This document shows positions 11,489-21,676 of a stretch of DNA of 64,000 nucleotides, piece after piece. The notes beneath the pieces are model-generated. The model was not told the DNA's origin and made no database searches. It saw only the letters and a list, made by a program, of their open reading frames with translations. This DNA is from Zygnema circumcarinatum SAG 698-1b (Eukaryota > Plantae > Zygnematophyceae). Position numbers and translations under genes: made by a program. The stretch is taken from contig CM074804.1 in assembly GCA_037447605.1 (NCBI GenBank), positions 2,728,001 to 2,792,000 on the forward strand, read 5' to 3'. Positions within the stretch are counted from its first letter, which is position 1; each line of letters begins with the position of its first letter.

Positions 11489-14400
11489 CTGAGTGGTGCT
11501 AAATTCGAAGGCATGAAGCTCGTTAGAAAGACTCATACTGAAGAATACGCGTTCAGGGCTCCCGGCATACTCGCTGATATCCCGCAAGTCTGCATGGTGA
11601 AGAAGTTCCTTCGCCTGCAGATTTATGAAGTGAATCTGCAGACATATAGACGGCCTCCACCCAATCAGCGGGAGCGGAAGTAGGAGCGGGAGAAATGGAA
11701 TGAGAGCGGGGTGGAGTGGAAGTGTGAGTGGAAGTGGGAGTGGGAGTGGGAGAGGGAGTGGAAACGGAAGTGGACGTGGGAGCGGGAGCGGGAGCGGAAA
11801 GGGGAGAGGGAGTGGGAATAGGAGTGAAAGTGGGCGTGGGCGTGAGGTCGGGGAATGGGAGAGGGAGATTAAAGAAAGTGCACTTACACCCCGGTGGCTA
11901 ACGCCCAGCAGAATCCTCTCTGGAAAGAAATTGGCGGAGTCCTCCTCCCTCTTCAGGTTGAAGAAGATGGAGCCTCCATGAGAGAGACCCATAATTATGC
12001 GAATGAACTGTTCCATGGCCTGCTCCTCAGTGATGGGACCCTGTGATCACATGTGAAAAGCCACAGAAAGCAATCAGAGGGAGGTTAATCTTCAAGAGCC
12101 ACCGAGGGGACACGATAAGAGTGGTATGACTGTTCACAAACTAGCGATGATGAAAGCAATGACAGTTCATCCATGCTAAAAGTTTAAACATGCATGTTTA
12201 CAAATCGAACATAGAAATCAATTTCTTGCGCGAACGTGTTACTGCGTATTTCCTGAGCACAGATGGGCTACTATTAAAGAGAAGTCAAAACCTCACCAGT
12301 GAGTAGTATGCTCCAAGTACATCAGCATGCCAATCATCTTTAGATTGCAGCTTTTGGATGTGTGCAGGTATTGCACGCTTCAACTTAACGGTCCAATCAC
12401 TGCCCCCCCGCCCCACACATATGTGAGAAGCAGAGATGTCAAATAGACTGCAATTGCGTATTCACTGCAGAAGTGGTAGAACCAGCGCATGACACGCATT
12501 CCAGGAGTGTTCTATGCCAAAATCTCTCCAATGTCAAAAAGGCATCCTGTACTACCACCGTTAATCATGTGGATATCAAGACTTCCTCATTAAACGCTCA
12601 CATAGTCTGAAGAAAAAGTGAACTTACGGAAAACTGTCAGGGCTGTCCACATTGCCAATGTCTGCCACAATTTGCAGCGCAGCCAGCTGGGCTGCCACAT
12701 TAAGGGAAACCGTGTAATAGCCCATCGTGTAGTCATACTTTATCTGTACAGAAAAGGACGAAAGGGAAAACAAACCTCAGCTGCCTGTATTGTTCAATCA
12801 AGTCAAATGAAAAGCCTTATAGAAAGACTGGACATAGCACCAAAAACAGCTTCCACGCAGACAAGGGAAAGGAGAGGAAGGGGAATAGGGAAAGAAAGGC
12901 AGAGGGAAAGAGAAAAAGAGGACGTGGAGGCTGAGCATGAGAAGGGACGAGAGGTGGAAGGGGGGACATAGAGGCGGAGGGCGGGAGAGAGAAAATTGTG
13001 GGATTTGACATCACCTGGATGTATGAGAGGCGACGGAAAACAGGATCTTCTACAGATACATCGCTAAGCTTGAAGATTCTCTTCTTTAGCAGGAATCTCG
13101 ATTGCACAAATCCTCCCCAACTCTTCGTCCTGAAATCCGCCATAATATCAGCCATGTAGCGCTTTCCACTCAATGAAATGTGCTCTGCAGTCCAATCCCC
13201 CACTTGTCCAAACTTCAGCGTGTTGAAACGTGGGAGCGACGAGAGAGACTTGGGGGGAGGGAGAAGGGTACATGACAATGCGCAGTTTCGTGGTATTAAG
13301 TTACAAACTCTAAGACATGAATCGGTCTTCTGATTACTCACCAATGAGAGGCTCTTCCCCTCCTTCTCCCGGTTGCCTTGTAGTACGCCACTCATACCAC
13401 CCAAAGCTGCTGCTCTTCATCAGCTTCAGCTTCCCTACCACCTTCTGCAAAGCGTAAAAAAAAAATTACTTTCAAGGAATATCGCCACAGAGAAAAATGT
13501 ACTGCTAACTTACTGACCTCATGATTCTAACACCAAAGTGCTTATCCAAACTACGACTAAACAGCCCTTTCCTCCTTTACCCACTATGCCGCCCTTAATT
13601 CCGTTCTCCGCATCTCGATACAGACTTCAGGATGTCGATTTGATGGGGAGAACATCACCTTCAGTGCTTGATCGACGGTGGTCATCATGTCATACAAAAC
13701 TGTCTCCACGGAATCATCAAAGAGGAAGACGGATGCAGACATTAACCTTCCCTCTGTCAGACACTCCACCTCCTCTGCTGTGGGTACAGTCTGCCTCGGC
13801 CCTGCCTTCAAAGTGCGGTCCAAGTTTGTCCATGCCTTCAGGACGAGCTCCTTCACTTGGGGGTCCAATTCCGGATCTTCACTCTGAGCAAGAAAGTACT
13901 CCGAGAGCGGCCCGGAAATGATCTTATCGGGAGGAAAGCAGGCAGCGCATTTAGCCATCAGCTCCCAAGCTTTTCTGCAGCAGCCCCTGCACAAAATACA
14001 AACGCAAACAACACACATAATGTAAGCTCAAAGGATTGAGCATGGCTCAGGAATAGCGCAGGAAAGAGCAGAGGCTCGAGTCCAAACCTGAAACTATTCC
14101 GCCTAGTCTGTTTCTGCAGCTGGCAGAAAATTTCATCCCGGAGTGGAGGATGCTTCAAGAGAGCCCCAAACACCTTCAGCACCAACCCGCTCTCCTCGTT
14201 CTTATCCAGAGCTTTGCCATTCTCCACTCCCATTATGCGCAGGACATCGCAGAACATCTTCACTGCTACCTCCTGCAGGCCCTGTTCTAGTCGAAGCAGG
14301 GGGACTGGAATGGGGTCCTGTCACAACATACACAGAAACGTTAGCCTGTCAGCCTTCAGAGTTATAGTGTATCAGGATATTGCGAAATTCACTACTGCTA

Positions 14401-14758
14401 ACCTGTGACTAAAACAAGCTGACTGTCAAACGACATATTTTGAAAACCACGAAGAACTGGAGAAAATTGTCAGAGCAGGAAGGAGCAAGAAAGCAAGTTC
14501 TTTCGTTTTTTTTTCCGTCAGAACATTTTGCACTTTGATACTTGCCTTCTGGAATGTCATCATATCCTTCACTGAATAGTGCGGCGGCTGCTTGTTCCGA
14601 CTGCTCGACTGAAGAAGGCCAAGAGTTGGAAGCAGAGAAGATTTCTTTGATTTCCCTGCAGCTGCAGCCTCCCTCTGAGCCACCATGGCCTGCACAAACG
14701 CATCGACTTGATAGCGTCCCATCAGGAGGAGGGGCCCGTCTTCAGAGCCACCCGGCAT
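11489..14758 (-). CDS. MyTH4-FERM protein, KCBP/ZWICHEL-like N-terminal half (multi-exon; start and end uncertain; no motor domain seen)
   Basis: Spliced exons read YSVKDMMTFQK|DPIPVPLL..LRDEIFCQLQKQTRRN|..KAWELMAKCAACFPP..LKAGPRQTVPTAEEVECLTEGR..YDMMTTV|..FLLKKRIFKLSDVSVEDPVFRRLSYIQ|IKYDYTMGYY..AAQLAALQIVADIG|DWTVKLKRAIP|..QFIRIIMGLSHGGSIFF..ERILLGVSHRG|IHF..ELLHHADLRDISEY..LHAFEFSTTQ. This is collinear with the plant KCBP MyTH4 and FERM domains. A putative upstream exon has a GTAAGC donor at 16324. Confidence 0.88.
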
Positions 14759-16436
14759 GGTCCTGCACAGAAGAAGTATGTGATCAAAATTGATACAAAA
14801 TTCGTAATCAAAAGTTTTGGACAGACGTAGTTTTCTCGGCGAAGAAATGTGGGATTGAGAATTGCATATAAAAACAAAGAGAAAGAAAAATGCCGACAGT
14901 CAGCTGACTAAGTTGGTTACAAGACGACGGCCACCTGAAATCTAAAGAAGGCCTATTCACTTTCACACATGTGAAGAGTGAACAGAAAATACCACTACAA
15001 CCCTCCCGCGCTGACTCAGAGACAACACGATTCTAAAGAAACATTCAAAGCATGCAGCTGCTTCTGTCTGAGCTGGTCAACGTCGGTCAACGCTGGTCAA
15101 AGGTGCCTCAAGTAGGTCAGCGGTTGTTCCAAATTCTTCAATTCCATCGCGTTTCACGATGCCTAGCATAAATCTGTTGTGTTCGAAAGCCAACCATTGT
15201 TTTCCACTGAATTCAGTCTCGCGATTTAAAAAGTCGAGCAATGTTCATGACGATAAAAATCATAGCCCTAAAAATAGAAATGACATTTAGACAACTTTCT
15301 TACAGTAGACATGACACTTCTGAGGTATTTTGATATTATGCATATCGACTCACTGTAAGGCCAATTATTTGCAAAAGAAAGAAAGTGTCTTAAAAAAAGC
15401 GACGAGTGCTGAAGGAAACAAAGATCTCTGCCAGCACATATTGCAGAGTTTCTCAAGGAAATCGAAAACGACCGCAGCCTCATTCTGTGGTCGACAGTTT
15501 CCAGTTCCAAAGAATTCAAGTGAAGCCACTTGCGAATATCTAATACAATACCTAGCCAGAAACTACTAGACGTCTACCGATCCGCCTGACAGCAGGGCAA
15601 TATTACACTAGCTATTGCAATGACGCTCACTTATTGCAGAACTGCATTGGACAATGCAATACTCCATCACAAGTTATAACAGTGCGTCATGTATTGGAGG
15701 ACTGCATCACACTACTGCGACTCAGTTTATAGTATCGACTCATACATTGCGATATTGCATAGCATCTCGTACAACAGCATCAAATATTATGATAATTCAA
15801 CAGAATTGCAGTATTGGAACAGCATCCATATACTCCAATACTGCTTCAGATACTGCAGTATTGCAACCAACATGACAATTCTGAGCCGGATATAGTGGTC
15901 GCCGCAAGAAAACACATCATATCTGGCCTGCAGTAGCCCTCACATGCACTTCAGAAACGATTCCCGGTACTGCGCGTCCTCATTGTGCCTCTCCAAAAGA
16001 GGAATCCCTCCCTCCACTTTCCCCTTTCCCTTCCTCATTCTCATCTCCGGCATCCTTCCTCTCTCCCTCCCTCCTTCCAACTACCTTCAACTCCCTCTTA
16101 CCACCACTGCATCCCTCCAATCCTCTCTCTTGCGCCTTCCTCACCTCCCTTCGATCCTGCCACCTATCTTCCCTGTCTCTATGCACGCCTCTCCCTCTCC
16201 CCTCCCTCTCCCTCTCGCTCGCCCTGTTCCACGCCCACCCCCACTCCCTCTCCCTCTCGCTCTCCCTGTCCCTCTGCCTCCGCCCGCGCCCTCCGCTCCC
16301 GGGACCGCTCCAGCGGCCGCTTACGTGGCAGCCTTCCGGACGACCGGACGTGCCCGGGCGGTCTAACGGCCCCACGCGTCCCTTCGCGGTTGGCTCCGCG
16401 GCATCGGCCATGTCACGCCCACGGCGGCATGGATGC

Positions 16437-16489
16437 GCCCCATGCCCATGCCCATGACCATGACCATGCCCATGCCCATGACCATGCCC

Positions 16490-16521
<32 letters not shown>

Positions 16522-16523
16522 AC

Positions 16524-16605
<82 letters not shown>

Positions 16606-16697
16606 CCTATGACCATGACCATGCCCGTGCCCATGACCATGCCCATGCCCATGCCCATGCCCATGCCTATGACCATGACCATGCCCGTGCCCATGAC

Positions 16698-16743
<46 letters not shown>

Positions 16744-16867
16744 CCTATGACCATGACCATGCTCGTGCTCATGACCATGCCCATGCCCATGCCCATGCCC
16801 ATGCACATGCCCATGCCCATGCCCATGCCCATGCCTATGACCATGACCATGCCCATGCCCATGCCCT

Positions 16868-16917
<50 letters not shown>

Positions 16918-16920
16918 CCG
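16437..16920 (+). repeat. (ATGCCC)n hexamer array, ~80 units, with a ~60-bp higher-order repeat
   Basis: Directly visible. The variant block cctatgaccatgaccatgcccgtgcccatgacc recurs at 60-bp spacing (~16606, ~16666). Confidence 0.97.
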
Positions 16921-16989
16921 CGTGCCCCTCCCCTCCCCGCCTCTCCCCTCCGCCGATTTTTTGCGTGAGAGAGATCCGTCGAACTGGGA

Positions 16990-17860
16990 CATGGACGCGG
17001 GGCGGGGGCGAGGGGCGGCTGCTTGGCCTGGGGCTGGGGCTGGGTAGGTCGGTGCCCCCTACTGCCGGCTGGCGGTCGCGGTCCCCTGTCGCGGTCAAAG
17101 CGCCCTCTGACGAGGCACGCTTCGCCTCTCTCTCCGGCACAGCGGCACGTACGGTACGGTACGGCCGTACAGCAGGTCATTCCGAAAAATCCACAGTTCC
17201 ACTTTAGTCCACACTGCGGCACAATCTCGGATGCGCGAGTCTACATCAGGGCATGCGAGTCCTTGCCCTCGGTAATGTATCGATATCGTCTGCCTACAGT
17301 GCGATACGGCACGCCGTACGGTCAGACGATCCAGTTCGCTGGCTAGCGCGCTGTACCAATCGAGGGGGGTCCGCCGGGTCGTACGGCATCCGATTGCGCG
17401 CGACCTGAACTGAGGACATCGAACAGGTCTCGAACTCGCTTAGGTCGGACCGTTGGTTGGATCAACCGCTGGAATGGTTACGAACCATTGGTTCGCGACA
17501 CACCACTAGCCAACCACTGCCAATGGTTGCACTTGCTTCCATGGAATGTGAGGCATGGGTTCAAAACACCCGACCGCTGCGCATTTTTTAGCGCTTTCAT
17601 TCCTTCCATTGCAATGGCTGCTAACGATAACCCTTCGGGACATGGGCCGAGTTTGGCTATTTTGCGGTCGGTTTGGTGGTGGATTTCCACTTAGCGATGG
17701 ATGTTGGATGCGTCCAATATTCGCATCCAATGGTTGGCAGACATCCAATGGTTGATGAATGGTTGATGGGCGGAGTACTAGCGGACGGCAATGGTTGCGA
17801 ACAATCGGACGGTCGTGCGACGCGTGTCGGCCGGGCCGCGCTCTCTCCCCGGCGTCCCCC
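16990..17860. promoter_or_regulatory. Divergent promoter island between the MyTH4-FERM and zinc-knuckle genes (CCGTAC and CAATGGTT clusters)
   Basis: CpG-rich. cgtacggtacggtacggccgtac at ~17147, more GTACGG sites at ~17315 and ~17380, and repeated CAATGGTT at 17470-17800. Confidence 0.6.
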
Positions 17861-17904
17861 GCACGGCTAACATAGGGGCCATTGGGGCCCGGCCACCTCG
17901 CATG

Positions 17905-18115
17905 CCCATGGGCACGGGCACGGGCACGGGCACGGGCACGGGCATGGACATAGGCATGGGCGCGGGCACGGGCATGGGCATAGGCATGAGCATGAGCATG
18001 GGCATGCGCATAGGCATGGGCGTGGGCATGGGCATGGACATCGGCATGGACATCGGCATGGGCATGGGCGTGGGCATGGGCATGGGCATGGGCGTGGGCA
18101 TGGGCATGGGCATGG
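17905..18115 (+). repeat. (GGGCAT)n degenerate hexamer array, inverted relative to 16437-16920
   Basis: GGCATG/GGCACG/GGCGTG units, the reverse complement of the left array motif. Confidence 0.93.
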
Positions 18116-18246
18116 GGAAGGAGCGCATGGCGCGATAGGGAGGGAGTGGGAGCACTGGGAGGGAGCGAGGGAGAGGCAGAGGGTGAGGGAGAGCGAGTGG
18201 GAGAGGCAGAGGGAGAGGGAGAGGCAGAGGGAGAGGGAGAGTCGGG

Positions 18247-20110
18247 ATGACGAGCTACTTCACAGGCGGCGGCGGCGCGGGCGGCGCGTGCCACCGGTGC
18301 GGGCGGGCGGGCCACCTGGCGCGCGACTGCTCGCTGCAGACGTGCTTCCGCTGCAACGGGCGCGGGCACATGGCGTGGGAGTGCGCGGACGGCGTCACGT
18401 GCTCCAAGTGCGGGGGGCGGGGCCACCTCCAGCGCAACTGCAAGAGCGTCGCCTGCCACAAGTGAGCGCCCCCCTTCGCCGAGGAACCCAATAACCCTAA
18501 CCCTCACTTTAACAATAGCCCTAACCCTAACCCCTAACTCTAACCCTAACCCTAACCCTAACCCTAACCCTAACCCTAACCCTAACCCTAACCCTAACCC
18601 TAACCCTAACCCTAACCCTAACCCTAACCCTAACCCTAACCCTAACCCTAACCCTCACGTTCCTCGTCGCTTAAAGTCATGGAAACACTACAGCTGTGTC
18701 GAGAGAATCCGTGCATGTCATCACTGTCGAGTTCATCATTTGGGGGCAAGTTTGAAACAATAGTGGGAATGGGAGCGTGAGAGAGGATGTCACCCCCTCT
18801 TCTATTTTCTTTCCCCAACTCTCTCTGTTAGCAGTATGCTCTTCATGGGTGGAGAAAGTCTACTTCGTTTTAAATGGCAGTAGCTGGTGGGGCTCCAGGT
18901 GTGGGAGGAAAGGACACATTTCTAAGTTTTGCAGTGATCCCTTTGCACGGGTAAGCGACATTGTTTTCTCTCTCCCGCTCTTTCGCCCTATCACCCTGTC
19001 TCTGCCTGTAGCTCTCCTATTTCTCTCCCTCCTCGTATCTCTCTCGTTCCCTGTCACCCTACTTTTCTTCTCGCTCCTCTCTGCTCCGTTCCCTCTCTTT
19101 TCTTTCCTTCAGTTCGTCTCCCGGGCCTCGTCTTTCCCATCTCACTCTCTCCCTTCTCCTCCTCTTCTCACACCGCTTTTTAAATTGCTAAGCCCCCTCT
19201 CCTTACTCTTTCCTTCTCTCTCTAAATATTTCTTTACCTCCTATCTCAGGCCGCAGAAATGGAGAAAATTGAACGGCAACAAGCCGTCCAAGCCGCCACT
19301 GCTGCGCGGGCGAAAGCGGTGCAAACTTTGTCCCGAGGAAACGGAGTCGTGATTCGCCGCGGTGGCTCCGAAGAATTTGTGGGCAAGGGGTCCTCGGCTT
19401 CGGGGCCTTGGGACAATCTGGGGAGGGTCTCTTCTTCAGGAGGGGGAGCAGGGGAAGGGGTGGGAGGTTGTACTGGTAACAGTACTGCTGCAGGACCGGG
19501 AGGTCGAGCTACCCCTATCACTACCGCGACAGTTACTAAGGAAGGTGGAGAAAATGTTGCTGTCTTAAAAAAGGGAAGGGATGGGGGAGGAGGGCAACAG
19601 TCAGTGCTTGGGGGTAGGTTGAAGGTGGTGGGATTGAAAAGGAAGGTATTAGAGTTGGAGGAGAGAGGGAAAGAGAGGGACGAAGAGAATGAAAGAGGCA
19701 GAGAGGGACGGAGAGAGGGGAAACTGGACGGGGTGGCACAGTTGAGGAGTATAGATAAGGAGGGGAAGGAGGGAGGGGAACCATGGCAGGGCCTCGTGGA
19801 ATACGGGTCGGAGGAGGAAGAGGGAGGAGCTGGAGAAGGAGAGAGTGAGGACGAGAGAAAAGCTGAGAGTATAGGCACGGAAAACTGCTCTTCTAGAACG
19901 GAAGCGCCAACAGCAGCTTCACCTTCTGAATGCAGACATGGAGATGAGCAGGAGACTGTTAGATGTAAGGTTTTTGTTGAAGGGAGGGAAGAGGGAGTGG
20001 ACGTGGGCGTGAGGGAGGGAGAAGCAGAGGAAGAGGGAGGAGTGTGGAGGAGGAGAGAGTTGGAGATGCCAGTGAAGTTATTAGTCACCGGGGAGAGCGG
20101 GGAGAGCTGA
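18247..20110 (+). CDS. Protein with four CCHC zinc knuckles and a Gly/Glu-rich low-complexity C-terminus (3 exons)
   Basis: Exon 1 has CHRCGRAGHLARDC, CFRCNGRGHMAWEC and CSKCGGRGHLQRNC. A fourth knuckle CHK|CGRKGHISKFC is split by intron 1 (GTGAGC donor ~18463, exon 2 ~18900-18950). Exon 3 starts at ~19250 and ends at the stop at 20110. Confidence 0.85.
18493..18655 (+). repeat. Interstitial telomere-type (CCCTAA)n array inside intron 1
   Basis: About 19 perfect units (18541-18655), preceded by about 6 degenerate units. Confidence 0.97.
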
Positions 20111-21676
20111 AAGTGGGGAAAGCTGAAAGTTGGAGCCAGCTTTCATTTGTATAAGTGTTGAATTGTAAGTGCCTAACTAACCTGTGAAATTCGGTTCCTT
20201 TGTCATTTTCAGAAGATTTTCCTTTTTATGTTTTCTTTGGAAATCGAGCATTGCACAGTTCATCAGTTGGGTTATTGCGCGAAACTTGTTTGCCATGTGT
20301 GGACGGCAACACATGCGAGCAGAAGACAACACAGGCGCCGCATGACTGAGATTCAGGGTTCTTCAGGGGTTTTAGGTATTTCTAGGGATTTGAGCATGTC
20401 AAATTGCAATTTAACCGGCGAGCGACATCCTTGCAGACAAGGCCACTGATCGGCCAAAACTGGACAGTCCTGTAGGCTGACAGGACGAGGCAGGCGGCGC
20501 GGAGGGACAGTCATTGTCATCGTCTGACCGCTGGAGGGAGTAAGGGCATCGCTTTTGCCGACCGCCATCACATCGCCATGATGAGGGGCGATGCCATCTT
20601 CGCCTTCACAGCATGCGCGGCGGATGCATTACCTCTGCTCGGGGGATGTGGGCCCTTGCGACTTCATCGCTTGAAGCTGTTCGTGTTCAAATTCGAGAGT
20701 GGACGAATAGCCAACATTCGTATTTTGCACCAATGCATTGTACAGTACACACTTCGTAAGGGAAAGTCTATCACTTCATTGGTGTGCCAGTGACGACACG
20801 AGCTGCCGTACGACGGTAATATTGTTTGCTCCGAAAAAACAAAATGGAGAACTCGGCGGGGAGGGTGCGCGAGAGGGTCAGCGTTAATCAACACCGCAAA
20901 GCTAACCTTTCTGAACCTTTAAACACGCTTTCGGGAAGAGGAGATGTGGCATTGATCTCACGGTGGCGATGCCATCGGGCAGTTATTTCTCTCTCAAACT
21001 AATTCAACGACATTGATCATGAGGTTTAGAGGCTTGGAATTTATTCCGGCCTTTTGAACTACTTTCGTAGTTTTTCCAAATGTTCAAGCAATTCACTCGC
21101 AGGAGCGGATTCCACCACAGACGATTCGGACGATGGAGCCGTCAAACCTAGACTTCATAGTTCCAACGTCCAACCGGTTAAAGCTTAGAAAACAATCATT
21201 ATTGCATTGATATCAAACTAATTGAGTTTTGGTAATAATATTTTGGCTATCAAGATTTTTGAGACATTGAGAATGTAGCAATAATCCCTTTTTTTTTTTT
21301 TGGAAAGGTTAGCCTTACGATACAGACATGTGGAATCGGGTGGATTGGTTCAACAAGCACTTGCTATGGACTGGCGAACTGTAAACTTCAACTGCACTAC
21401 TTGAACACGAGCATGGATTATGTTTCCCGCTTTAAGGAGAGGGGAAGATAGGGGGAGAGAGACAAAGAGTTAGAGGGGAGCTATATTTGAGCACAATGCT
21501 CTTTTGTGCCCAAGCATAACGCGCAAGTCGCATCACACGGGTGCTCGCCCTCTAGAGGTCGCACATGAATAGCACATTAAGTCCATGTTGTCCTAATCCC
21601 CCCAACCATCCCAAGCTCCTCCGTTCGAATCCTACAAACCCTAAAATCCCTCAAACGCCTGCAATCCTAACACCGC

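Noticed and set aside
18493-18655. Telomeric array as a chromosome fusion or mis-assembly point
   Set aside because: The exons on either side join into an intact zinc knuckle, so the locus is continuous.
21590-21640. tRNA T-loop-like GTTCGAATCC
   Set aside because: No acceptor stem, D-arm or anticodon arm can be built around it.
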